From Selaginella moellendorffii (Eukaryota; Plantae; Lycopodiophyta), in assembly GCF_000143415.4 (NCBI RefSeq), contig NW_003314296.1:186001-250000 (forward strand): a stretch of DNA of 64,000 nucleotides, read 5' to 3'. This document shows positions 38,301-50,951 of this stretch, one piece after another. Numbering within the stretch: position 1 is the first letter of the stretch; each line of letters begins with the position of its first letter. A model generated the notes under the pieces. It had not been told where the DNA came from. It did no database searches and worked only from the letters and a program-made list of their open reading frames with translations. Made by a program: the position numbers and the translations under genes.

Positions 38301-39930
38301 GATTGAAAGTTTGGAGAGAGTAGGTTTCAAGCTAAAGACTTCCTTAAATGTTGCTATTAGTACTGCTATGCCACCAATATCAACACTAGACCGGCATACA
38401 CGACCAGCTAGGAATGGGAAGGCTATACAATATAGGTCTTCCATTTCAAAAGGTGCACAAGAGAAGATCAAGCTAGCAAAAGAGTTGAAGTGCATAATCA
38501 CAAAGGCAAACTACATCAATGTGTAAGGAACCAACTCACCGAGGTGTCGTAGGCTAAAGGAGCCCCGAAAGCATGACCAAAATGATAAAGAGTTCATCGG
38601 ATGGGACCAAGTCTAAGATCGAGTCCAAGACCGACTCTAAGACCAAGTTTGAGATAGAGTCCGGAATCGAGTCCGAGACCGACTCGGAGACCGAGTTCAA
38701 GACCAAGTTCGAGACCGAGTTCGAGACCGAGTCCGAGATCCGGAATCGGGTCTGAGACCGAGTCCGAGGTTGAGTCCGAGGTTGGGTCTGAGATCAGGTC
38801 CGAGATCGAGTTCGAGATCGAGTCCGAGTCCGAATCCGAAGTCGGATCCGAGATCGAGTCCGAGATCGAGCCAGAGACTAAGTCCGAGTACTAATATGGG
38901 TCAAGGGGTGAAAGCCCAAAGCGTGCATCTCCCGGGGGGGGGGGGTTGCAGGGGGTTCCAAAAGTATAGTAGGGATAGTGAGGTCCAGGAACTAGTCTTG
39001 AAGGAACTCTCCAGTGGTGCTTCCAAGTTGACTTGAGGTTGAGACTGGGGCCGAGGGGCCTTGGGTGGGAGTGAGCATGGGCTTGGGTGGTGCTGGAGGG
39101 GCCACCCAGGGAAGTGTTCAAGAGCAGCTCCCACTCCCGAAAGGGAAACCGACTGCGGTGCTCCCAGCTCATGTGGAGTGGTGCCCCACTTGAGTACCTT
39201 GCGGCTCATTGGTCCTCGCCCTTCCTAGGGGCTTGGGCCTTCCCTTTGGGATGGAAGTGGGGGGGTAAAGGTACCCATACCGGGCCGTTAGGCCACGGTG
39301 TTTCGCCCCAACGTCCCGAAGCAAGTGCTGCACCCAAGGCTTGGGATTTAGAGGGTCCCATGATCAAGTCTTGTTGTACCAAGGGGTGTTAAGAACCTGG
39401 AGGCTTGGTGTGCTTGGCTGCTTGTGCCTGCGGGGAGTGTAGCCGAACCTTAAGTCCAGTCTAACCCGGAGAGGGGGATTGGGAGAGATTTGGGAATCCG
39501 TAGATGAATGGCTAACACTCCGTTGCTCGTGCAGTGAGTAGCTGAAACCAAGTAGAACCAAGTAGAAGCTGGTACAATAGGCGAGAACCTTGGCAAGGGA
39601 ACTTAGCACAAGCCAAGGCAGTGTTGGTCGGATAGACAAGGTAAGCTGGCAAATTGGAAAGGAAAAATTTGTGGCTTACACAATACTATGGCTAAGGAGT
39701 TTGTTGTTGTGACTAAGTTGTCAAAGGGTACAAAATACACTACCAAAATTTGCGAAAATCCATCCTATACCTATCCAGATTTTACATAGCGAGAGAACAG
39801 GGGAAAAGTATATTTAGCTTGCAAGCACATTTATTACATTTTTATGCAGGAACTAAACTAAAATCCTAAGATCGACCATCACATCCACCAAGCAAGCCTT
39901 ATAGTTGCGGAGCTTGAGAAGTGTTTTTAG
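35400..39930 (+). pseudogene. MULE-family transposase with SWIM finger, decayed and interrupted by solo LTR E
   Basis: RVSGWSTIGAHVYD, LTIFW and PNFHGFMVDAAGVNWLAVRQIF (37056-37121), plus PSYTYPDF...CKHIYYIF (39760-39845). Many stops and frameshifts. Confidence 0.72.
38522..39680. mobile_element. Solo LTR E nested in the MULE transposase
   Basis: TGTAAG...CTTACA termini, TSD CAATG/CAATA, and an internal GAGTCCGAGACC-type tandem array. Confidence 0.85.
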
Positions 39931-42900
39931 ATTGCTTTTAGTGTTTGGATCTATTTATTGGTCAAATTTACTTGGAAATATAGATTAAATCAAAATTTGA
40001 AAAATGAAAAGATGTTGGTTCAGGATGAACCAATGTTTTTCTTATGTTTGAGAAGCCGTGAGCTCAGCTCATAAACTCATAAGCTCAAAATCTACTCGGG
40101 CTCATGGCATTGAAGTAATACCTTGCCGTTGACATTATTTATATTGAGATTCAAGTGAAATGAAATGTCTTCCCATATGATTGATATTGAGTTTCATTAG
40201 TCTCGATGAAAATAGTGTTGATGATTTAGTTGTAATTTTATGTTATTAGCATTTGTACAATTGTTAGTTAACAACTGTATTGATATTCAAACGAATTGAG
40301 TAGCAAGTTTGAGTTAGTTGTGTTTTAGACGAGATTGTTTAATAGGGGTTGAGTTTTGAGCTTTTCCTTGAAAATTGATTTAGTTGTAGACTATATTAAC
40401 TTTATAGGAAGGAGAGTTAGTAATTAATACTAGAATGTTTGAATCCTTGTTGAATTTAAATTGGGATATATCGATCATTGATGATTCTTTTTGTGCTTGT
40501 TATGAAGTGAGTTATGTCTTGTTATAAATGGATTCATGGAAGATCGGTTTAGTGATCACTTATTGAACATAGCTCCATTGTGCTTAGCTTTTGAATTAAT
40601 ATAGATGTGCTCTTTATTAGCTTTGCATTATAAAATTTAGCTTATGGATGTGTTGAGGAGGATATTATGGATTGTGTTATGATTTCTTCTTTAGCATTGA
40701 AATTAGTTTATGCAAAACTTGTGATCATTATTAAGCAAGATTTAACTATAAACTTCTTTGAGCTTTTGGTTTCTTGAGTTTTCATGCTCATTGTTCCATT
40801 TGTTAGAAGTTGTTGGGGAAGGCACTTTGGCTTGTTAGCTTTGATATTGAAATTAATATTTACATCTGACAATCATTAGTGATAATTAACTATCATCTAG
40901 GATAGTTAATTATCCTTGTCAAAATTTTTACTTGATTATTGTTGATCTAGAATAATTTGTTGTTCTTCAAAATGGTAGATTCTTTCTTCTATGGTGATTA
41001 TGCATCTCTTTATTGATTGGATGATTGATAGTCTTTCATAATAGTTAGTAGTTTTATTTGATAGTTTATGGCTTTTTGCATTACCACATGTTTTTTGTGG
41101 TTTGCTTTGGATTGATCTCTTGGGTTTAAGACATTAATAAGATGTTACTGACACTTGCTTAAACAACTTGAGTTCTTTTGTATTGTTAAAGGAGATTTAT
41201 TTAGATTGGCTTCTGTAATAATTAGCATGAATGGGTGTTTATTGGTTTTATTGCATTCATTCTATTCTGTTGATTATTGCTTGAGTTAGTTCTGATAGGT
41301 TGGGATGTTATTTCTTTTGGGTGATACATTCGTAAGCATTATGCTTATCAATTAATGATACTTTGTGTTCTTTGAGTTATCTTTAGTAAGTTGTTTGGCA
41401 TACTATCTGCCATCTTCAATAGTTAAGTTTCATCATTGAGTTTCCATAATGATATACTTGCTATTGAATTTTGTTAGATGGTGATTTCTATGTTTACCAA
41501 TTATGATGATCTTGTTGGTTCTTATACTCTACTACTAGTTTATCGGATGATAACTTACTTGGAATACTTTTATGTTCTAATCTAAGATTTATTCACTAAC
41601 AATTAAGTCTCTAAGCTATCATTGTTTATGACTTTGATATTGTCCATCTATTAATATTTAAGTTTGGGCCAGTATAGGCAGACTGTTTTCGGCACTTCGT
41701 ATGCATGGTGAAATCTTTAGTCATGGGGTAACTATTGTCAACTGGTCACATAACCCGCCTTTCTGTCAATATTCTTTATTCCATTGAAAGGGTGTGATAG
41801 TGTAAACAATTCTAACTATCTGTTTACAGTAGTCTATTTAAACCTTACCGACAAGTTTGGTTTCTTTGCTCATAAGGGTTAAGGCCTTTAGCTTCTCTCT
41901 CTGTGTCTCTGCGGGTAGGGGCATATCACACTTTTGTAAGCTGGGTAACACCTAGAGTAGTAAGGGTGGCTGACTTCGTTGGTCATTTCCTTGTCGGTGA
42001 CGACCAGAAGGTGTCTGAGTTGGTAGCACATCTGCGTTAGACAAAGAGGTTACCCTAACTCATTTAAGTTGATGTATTTCTCACATAGTGTGATCACTAT
42101 GAACTTTTTCTTGAGTTGTTTCCTTGCCGGTGGTCTAAACTCAAGTATGCATCGACGAGAACGTTAATCTTCCCTAAGGAGGGGAGAATGTCGCAAATGT
42201 AACTTCGGGTATCAAAAGTTACCTATCGGTTAGTCCTTTCGGATATTTTTTCTTTACTGCCACGACGGTAAGAGGTTGATATTGCTAGACCCGTTATTAG
42301 TCTTCGTTTAAGTTAGTTGAGAAACTAGTCTTTGTATGTGCACTTGACCAGATGAACTTAAGGACGGAATTTCTAAGTGCTATTAATCAAGCATACTTGA
42401 CCTGGCTAAAGAAACTCATTCGTTGACTTGCATTTGCTAGTGTTGGGAACCCCCGTGATATTGAGCTTGGTCCCTTAATATCACTAAATGATAGTTTACC
42501 GTGTCTACCAAATACCCTCGCTATCATGCCCTTTGTGTTAGTCTCATTTTAGTCCCAAATACTATTTATGGAAAGTGTTTAGATTGGCTCATTTGGCATA
42601 TCTATAAAATGTAAAGATTGTCCTGAACACAATGGTGTTTGTCCCATGTCCAAATTCACAATTTAAGGACATTTCATATTTAGTAAGTTTCGAGCTTGTC
42701 CCAGGGACGAACTCCTAATACTTAGGGAGGGTTGGGGTGAAAGCCCAAAGCGTGTGTTCCTCAAGGAAGGGGAACGGGGGGGGCGGGGCTCCGTTTTGCA
42801 TGCTAGTCTTAGCATTAGGATGTTAGATACTCTATGACTGTTCCAAGTCACTCTATGCTCTGTCCCTTCACTTCTTGGGCTGTATGCTCAGAAGTTGCTC

Positions 42901-44411
42901 TATGATCTAGTTCCATCACTCCTTGGCTCCATGCTTGGGATTTTGGCACCATTCCTAGGTTCAGTGGCCCAAGGCCCTGAAACTCGGGTTCCATACCACT
43001 GTCTTTTAACCAAGTGACATATGACATGTGATATGTGGCATATAAAGGGTTTAAGTTCTACTTCATAGTGTTATCTTATAGTAAATCACCATAGGATAAA
43101 GGGTAAAACCCACGTGTGCTACAAGAGGGGTTACTAACTTATTCATGCAAGGACCCTCCACTACTCATGTAACTCTTTGTTTCTTAAAAGAATCTCTATA
43201 TCAAGATCTTCTACTATAACAATACCAATAGGACAACATTGATGTCAAGACTTCCATCTGAGAAATGGAAGATGTTAAACGCTAATAATGCCAATACATG
43301 TAGTTAACCTTATCACACACTTAATAGTAGACATCACGACCATGACCACATCCTCACCCTTATCTTTGAACACAAGTAGCAATAGCATCAACTTCTATTA
43401 GAATAGGACTATCTTGCATAAGAAGTAGAGTTGAAGGATCTATAGTAAAAAGTGCAAGAGGTAATGTCTCATAACATTATATTAGTCAAAGAGTAATATC
43501 AAGGGTGGCTAGAGCAAATATATACACATGCCCCACAAGATCTTGACAAAGTGGTAGTTATAACATTCCCAACTTGATCTACTCTAATGCTTTGCAAGAA
43601 GCTTTGGAAGCGAATGCCAAATTGCATCGATGATTTATATGGCTTTTGATGAAGCTAATGTGATTATTATAAGGCATCATCACAATTGTTAACATATCCA
43701 AATGCGCATTTGAGGACATTTGGGAGAATGTTTCAATCCACATGAGTAGTTAAGCTCTATTTCGTTAAAGTGGGATTTATTCAGTAAAATGGGACTAGGT
43801 ACAAATTTTCAAGTATTTGAAAATGACGTGAAATTATATGTTTTTTGTCCAGGGGCTAGACATATCTGGGGCATGGTGACTAGCGCGGTGACCTTATGTC
43901 CAGACTGAGTCCATCTAGTTGTATAATAAATCTCATTGTCAAGGTGAACAAGCCGAATCTGAAGCTAAAGAAGAGCGATGGCATGCGCGCACACACTATT
44001 TGTTTGTTCATTGAGCGTGTGGTGAGCTTTCCAAGATGAACATCATTCCTATTAGCCAGACATATAACTTAATGGTGAGAACATTTAGATATTATTCAAT
44101 GTTATCTTTTTCTAACGAATCTAATTGTGAAGGTGTAGCAAGAGGCATTGCTAGTCTGGAGAAGTCATTTAACTCATTTGACCCTTAGTGTATTTTCATG
44201 AAACTAAATAACATTCATATTATTAAGGAATTTCTCTAGTACCTTTTTTTTACGACATAGAGGCTTGCATTTCTTTCAAAGGTGATTTAGTAAAAGGCCT
44301 GAGGGCACATGCCATTCTATTTCTCAGACCGGTATTAAGATATACTAGTGCAAAGGGAAAAAGGTATTTGGTGATCAAGTAAATGGCATGAGGGCACACG
44401 CCATTATAAGC

Positions 44412-44669
44412 CTAAGCGCTAGTGGACACCTCCTTTTTGGTACTCTCAGCGGTACTATCATCCTTCTCCGGGTCAGTTGTTTTGCTTTGGATTGTTGTCT
44501 CTGACGTTACTGGGGCGTTCTCGATAGTTGTTAATGTTGCCGTTTGTTCAGAAAAATGATCACCTGGAGTATAGTACGGGGAGTTTGGAAGACTTATATA
44601 TTCTACATCTTCACCTATCTCCTTCTCCGTCTCCTTTTCTGCCTCACTTACAGATTTTGTGCTTGCCAT
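44412..44669 (-). CDS. Small acidic Ser/Thr-rich ORF downstream of the transposase (85 aa; may be an extra exon)
   Basis: Open ATG-started frame with biased composition. No family recognised. Confidence 0.25.
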   Translation of the reverse strand: MASTKSVSEAEKETEKEIGEDVEYISLPNSPYYTPGDHFSEQTATLTTIENAPVTSETTIQSKTTDPEKDDSTAESTKKEVSTSA

Positions 44670-44884
44670 GAGAACGCTCTTCACCCTAAAATATGGAGTT
44701 CGTTGTGTTATAAAAGGAAACCAACACACACGCTGCAAGGGAATGATGGTACATAAAGCACGTAAGCCCACAATATGGGTTTATGTGCCATTAATATGGG
44801 CCACACGCCATATTATTAGATTTATGCACGTGTGATTGGTAAATGCATATGTCACATCATCTTTGTTTTACCTCACACACTATA

Positions 44885-47800
44885 TCAAGCCTCCTCTGAT
44901 TCAGATTCGGATTGTTCACCTTGAAATAAAATACATTAGAAACTTTGTAAAGGAATATTAATGAATCTCACCTTGAACCCGAGTTATGAATGCTCTTGCT
45001 GCATCTCTTGCATGGTCTGGCAAGGTGATGGTGGCACTCTGCTTCCGCATCCAACCATGCACAACATTATCCACCGATATGCTCATGCTGGGATCCCTTG
45101 GATTCAGCACCCATCTCTTTTCTAGGCAATCCTTCGTATATCCGGAACTTGGCTTGAACCACTCCACAGTTACATTGAAGGAGTTAGTTTCCGCGTCCTC
45201 CTCTGCATCAGTGATGCAGCACCCCACCCATATCATTTGTTTTTTATTACTGGGTCTGACAAGCACGACCATTCCTTTGCAGACCTGTACTGGATTGAAT
45301 GCTGAATCCGGCTTCTTGTTCCTCGGCCCACAATAGTGATCCTCAACATCGTTATCTGTCACTGCATTTCCAGAGGACATTGTTCCGCTACTATCTGGTG
45401 CTCTGGGTTCTGGCCAAAAGGACTCTTCCAATTCTTCATATACAACCGGCCCATTTTGGATAGCAGATATAATCTTCTCCCAGTATTCGAGCAAAGGCTT
45501 GCACCTCTGAAAATAGGATTCTCCACCAAACACCAACCCCCTCTTCCAGAAGGCAATATGCTGTCTAATCCCGGCCACTATACTTTCCTGGTCTTTGAGT
45601 CCATCCGGGTGCATCGGCCGTGGGGAACCCTGAGGAATCATAGGTTCCCCAGTTATGGGATCTCTCTTGAAGAGTTCAATGCCGTCCACTGGCAGCCACA
45701 CTGTGTCCCATTCTCTCATCTTGTACCTCATCACTGGAGCACCGTCACACATGCTGAAATGAAACTGAAGAGGCTTGGAGTGGCCAATCAACGTTTCGGA
45801 TCCATCCCTGATGTAACCTCTTACAAACCCCTTAAAGTCTGGAACCTCTGTCAGAAGTGCAGCTTCAACAGTGCCTTTGATGCAATTTTGGAATTCATCG
45901 TAGAGTTGTGGGAGGGTGAGGACATTGGATCGCCGGAGGGACTCTGCCAAGTGACTGAACATGGCATCGACGTCTTCATGAGTGTGCCCAACCATGAGAA
46001 AGCCAAGTGTAACCGTTTCAAATATGCCTTTGGCAACAAGCATCGCCAAGTACGTGAAGACGTACATGTTTTTGTTCTCACTGCCAGCATTGTCTGTTTG
46101 GAGCAGAAGATGGGGTGGAAGGCCACATCGGCTGCAAGAACTTCCTTGAGATTCTGCTTCGTTTGGATGAGGCTGTGCATTCACCGGGCGACCAGCCTCG
46201 TCGGAATGGCATGAGGCCTCACGTGATAACCCTACAATCTGACGGCCAACATATTCACTGGGATGGCATGGGGCCCCACGCGATACTGCAAGCCTTTGCT
46301 CCTCCTCCAGCTGAACCCTGTATGGGGTTCGATCGACAAGGGCCTTATGCAAGGGTTGGCCGTTCAGCTCAGTCTGCGCACTTTGCAGAGACCTTAAGTG
46401 TTTTGCTAGGGACGCAATCATCATGTTTGCACCCCCGCCACCCCATAGAGGTACAAAGAAGTTCCCATAGTTCTGGGCACCATGCCCATGAGCGATTATG
46501 CCAAACAGAGACACAGGCAGCTGCATGGATGAAGAGATTGCCTTGGGGGCAGGATTGAGTCGAGGTAAGCACGTCTTTTTCTGGTCCATTTTGTCGTGGA
46601 TGATGCAGAGGTAAGAGTCAGGTCTCTCCATGGAGAGAATCCTATTATGATAATATGCAGTCCTGCAGCTTCTCTGCTCGATGTTGTGGTCGAGCCGCCT
46701 TCTAACCAACGTCTCTCGCTCTTGAGCGCTGCAAGAATTCTTCGACAAAGCCATTTTGATAGCAGTGCACTCGTCACACTTTGAAAAGCTGCAGTACTTT
46801 CCTATACTCACATCCCTGAACCTGTTGCTCCACAATCTACTAAATCTAGATTGGCTCAGCTTCCTGTAGCCATTACTCTGGAGTTCCCGATTCACATCTT
46901 CCAATATGGCCCCCTTGGTATACATGGAAGGGAGAACTCGTTGGGTGTCTCGTGTTCCATCTTCCAAGAGGCGGGTTTTATGTGGTTGCTGCTCGCTACA
47001 TGTCTCGACAAACCTCTTGAAGATTGCCTCTCCATATACAACATGACCCCTGGTTTTGTGCGTACCGTCGTTCCCATGGACTGCCTGTTGAACCCTTTGT
47101 TCCTCGAACTCAGTTTTGATTCTGTAGAATGTGGTTCGAGGGACTCCATAAATGATTCTCCATGCCTTCATGCAGACCAAACCCCTCTGGAAGACCATGC
47201 CCCCCACCTGATGTTCTGAAGCATCAACAGATGACCGTAATGCCTCATACACAAAATTGCGAGCTGCCTTCCAGGACAATGTCTTATATCTTGCTCTCTC
47301 CTCTTCAATAGCATCCCAATCAGCATGTTGACAGCACCTCCTCTTGCAACAAGCAACTGTCGAGACCATTCGAACCTCCATCGCCATTTTCTGCCTTTTC
47401 GGTTCGTTGCTCAGATCCCTTTGGCTGCGCTTTAGGAAGGTGTACTTTCTTTTCCCATGAAGAGATGTTCTGTCATCAGTTGTAGCGGTGTTTGATTGTG
47501 AATCCTTCACATTCTCAAACACTAAGTGCCTCAATTTCCACCGCACAATGCTTCCAATAGTCAGACTGTTTTCTTCTGTGTCAACAACCTCTAAAATCGC
47601 AACTCCAATATCATCCCAGCCCAATTCTTGATTAGCAACCGCATCTCTTGGATCGACAACTGTGGCTAAGCCCTCAGCTACCACCTCCCCCTCGGGGTTG
47701 TTTAGAAACACTTTTGCCTGAATCCATGTAGCACGGTTCTTAAGATCCACGGAGGGAACATGCGTTGCACTTGCGCTGTCCCCAACATCTGCTTTCTTCT

Positions 47801-48026
47801 GAAGATTTTTCAAGGCAACAACAACATTTACCCCGACGACCATCTCTCCTCGTTCAATAGCGACCACATTCCCATCGAAGACAGTCTCTACTGATACAGC
47901 AGCATTGCCTTCCCCAAGCCTTTCACAGTGTATAACAAAGTTCCGATCCATAGACACAAGGGTCCCTTTTGCAACTCTCTTCCCACCATTCAAAATGTAA
48001 ACCTTTTCCCCAACCCTGAAGGCCAT
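44885..48026 (-). CDS. Transposase of element F (Sola/DUF7869-like DDD type), exons 48026-44972 and 44919-44885
   Basis: Uninterrupted >1000-aa frame with CCKRRCC, an HTH-like segment (IYGVPRTTFYR), FSKCDEC, IIHDKMDQKKT, LQTDNAGSENKN and FLMVGHTHEDVDAMFS. A phase-1 intron gives the C-terminus GEQSESESEEA*. Confidence 0.85.
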
Positions 48027-48390
48027 TCTGAAAGTGCAGAAAAGAAGTTAAGACCATACAAAAAATGATTGGAGAATGGCCTAAATCATAACATACCAAA
48101 CAACCTCAATAGCATGAGGCCACATGCCATTATTCAAACATGCTATTGACACCCACGTGAAATTTCGCATTCACAAAATTGGCATGAGGCCTCATGCCAT
48201 CTTGATATACACACAGCTGCAGGCAAGTAAAAACATACATGACAATACGCTAGCCATGAAATTGCAAGGGCCCAAGATGGCATGTGGCCTCATGCCATTT
48301 CGAAATGTGGTCCTAAGCCATTCCATGGTGAACATACCAGGAAGCACAAGTGCCGAATATCAAGAGGAAGCAGTAGCCACACCAAAGACA

Positions 48391-48525
48391 GTGCCGCTCG
48401 CAACACCGCAACTACTCGTAGCGCCGCTCGCAACACCGCAACTGCTCGTAGCGCCGCTCGCACAAACTGCCACTCGCATAAACTGCCGCTCGCAATGGCG
48501 CTCGCAATGCCGCAACCGCTCGTAG
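48391..48525 (+). repeat. 30-bp GC-rich tandem repeat (GCGCCGCTCGCAACACCGCAACT(A/G)CTCGTA)
   Basis: About 2.5 near-perfect units at 48391-48463 plus decayed units. Confidence 0.85.
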
Positions 48526-48899
48526 ACGCATAAACCACAGCCCACAACGCCGCTTACACAAGCAGCGCTCATTGCGCTTAGCGGAACCAAGAACACGGCG
48601 CACAAAAATGATAGACCTAGGAATGAGTTCGAGAATTCAAAAATAACACACGCTTGAACGTCACATCAAATCCTCTGACAAACCAGATCTTATGATTCCT
48701 CTGACAAATTTCAAACTGAGTAGCTTCTAGACTTTGCTGTCGGAGGTTGAACTTTGTCACATCATGTCCTTGCCTCGATCCAGCTGTGCCATGTCAGTGA
48801 TTCGAACTTTGCCATGCCATGTCAGCGATCCGCGCCAAGATTATTCGCCGTGTAAAGGAATAATTATGTTGTGTGTGTACGTCCATTTATGGCAATATA

Positions 48900-50225
48900 A
48901 GGCCACACGCCATTCAAAGAATAATGCTAGTCGAGCATTTTTTGGTGCATTTTTGGGTTCAAAATTGCATGAGCCCACACGCTATAAAGTTTACCTGTAC
49001 CAAAAATAGAAACAGCTTTATTTACTTGGGAATTTAAGTGGTTGAGGCATTTTTAAACTTACAAACACATGCCCTACTTACATTCCTTTGGTTGCCTAAA
49101 ATTCAAAAATATTATAAACCTTTCTTTTTGCATTTTCAATGTTTTCAATTATGGTTTTTGATTTTCGTAGGACCAGCCTAGTAATCTATTTGCATCCCGT
49201 CATGTTTATAGCTAGCTTTCGTTCGTCCCCTTCGCTAGCCTGAGATACATCTGCTCGGCATCTGCCTCTTACAGCATTTGCCCAGAAAGGGCATCTTTCT
49301 TCACGCAGCATTTGCCACATGTTTAGGGTTTAGGGTTTAGGGTTTAGGGTTTAGCAATTCAGTAGCTTGATAAACATGCAAATACAGAACTTGATGCAAA
49401 ATCCTTTGATATGTCACAATGCCCCTAGGACCATAAACACATTTCAATAGAGAGGGTCCTTTCATTTCATAACTCCTTACATAGATCTTGGTGAAACCAG
49501 AGTTAGTGAAGTTAGTTTCTTGTGATCCCACATCTGATTGTGATGTCCCTTTGCAGTTTCGATGGAAAGGTCAATGCACACCAAACTGTAAAATCTTGGA
49601 GCAAAATAACGGTCGGATCTATGGCAAATGCCCCTGAAACATTGTAAGGCTCGTGTGGTCTCATGTGGTGTCCGATCGAGATGCTTCTTTGCAGGGTCAT
49701 CAAGAAAGACATTGTATACCATTCTGTAAAATCTAGTTGCGATCTAACGGTTGGATCTCCAGAAAACTCAAAAAAATCTCACGCGTGTCAGAATATCCTA
49801 GGAATATACTCCTATGTGCCCCTGAAAATGGCATGCGGCCCCACGCCATTCAAGAGATAATGCCAGATGACGCCGAGAATTTTTTGGTGCATTTTTTGGG
49901 TTCAAAATTGCATGAGCCCACACGCTATAAAGTTTATCTTTGCCAAATAGAGAAAAGTTTATCTGTGTCATGTGAGGTAGTTACAGTCCTTTGTGCTCGG
50001 CATCTGCCTCTTGCAGCATTTGCACTGAAAGGGAATTTTTCTCCATTCAGCATTTGGCCCTGAAAATGGCATGCGCCCACACGCCATTCAAGGAATAACG
50101 CCACAGGACGCCTGGATTTTTGGGTTTAAAATGTTTAGGGTTTTTTGGGTTTTTTCAAAATATTTTGGGTCCAACATTTTTTGGGTTTCTTTGGTTCAAA
50201 ATTGCATGAGCCCACACGCTATAAT
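48900..50225 (+). repeat. Three direct repeats, each carrying a pair of 22-bp palindromes
   Basis: CACGCCATTCAA...GGTTCAAAATTGCATGAGCCCACACGCTATAA at ~48905-48990, ~49840-49932 and ~50080-50225. Confidence 0.85.
49322..49354 (+). repeat. Interstitial plant telomere repeat (TTTAGGG)4+
   Basis: TTTAGGG x4 followed by TTTAG. Confidence 0.95.
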
Positions 50226-50567
50226 ATTGATTTGAGAGAAAAATAGAAACAGATAGAATTTCTTTATTTAGCTGAACATCTGCCATTTTTGGAAATACAA
50301 GATGCTTTGGAATATCCAATCATGCATGGTATAAATATAGCGAGGGTATTAAATGATATCCCAATCATGATCTTTCTTTTGGATTTCGCGTGCATGCAGT
50401 CCGAGGAATGATGACGTTGCGGATTTCTTTTGGATTTTGCGTGCTTGCATGCGCGCGGCAATCCAGAAATTAATGGTGGCGCCCAAGTCCGAGGAATGAT
50501 GACGTGGCGGGATTACCAACCGTTGTGACATTTCGCGCGTGTGAGGTTAGGTTTTGCATTTTGCTTT

Positions 50568-50730
50568 GTACTCGCGCTCGCACACTCGCGCTCGCGCTCA
50601 CATCACACTCGCGCTCCCGCTCGCATCGCGCTCCCACTCGCGATCACGCTCACTTCTCTACAGGTTTCTCGTGTGCATCGGTGTCCACTCGCGCTTGCAT
50701 CACACTCGCGCTCGCATCGCGCTCGTGTGC
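50568..50730 (+). repeat. CpG-dense (ACTCGCGCTCGC)-type tandem array upstream of the accessory gene
   Basis: Repeated CTCGCG/CTCGCA units. Confidence 0.8.
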
Positions 50731-50951
50731 ATCGGCATCCACTTCAAGACACACCCAGTTTGTAACTTCGCCGCCAACTCCGCCGCCCACTCCACCACCC
50801 ACACGCAGCCCACTTGGCGTCCCGGGAGATTTCAGCACCACTCTCCAACTGTAAGTGGCAGAGTAGCCTTGCTGCTACGATCCGCTGCACACACAGTGCA
50901 CATTCGCCAGCGAGTCCGGCCTCGATTGTCACGGCCTCCATTCGGCTTCAA

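Larger units (their letters stand above)
32219..40103 (+). mobile_element. Mutator-like (MULE) DNA transposon nested in D
   Basis: 9-bp ATGGCATTG at 32210-18 and 40104-12, short degenerate TIRs containing TGAGCTGAGCTCA (32241 / 40059-71), and transposase plus SWIM remnants. Confidence 0.75.
28127..43123 (+). mobile_element. LTR element D with nested insertions (5' LTR 28127-29252; 3' LTR 42189-43123)
   Basis: Two homologous TG..CA LTRs, PBS TGGTATTAGAG after 29252, PPT AAGGAGGGGAGAA before 42189, TSD GGAGG/AGAGG. Confidence 0.88.
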
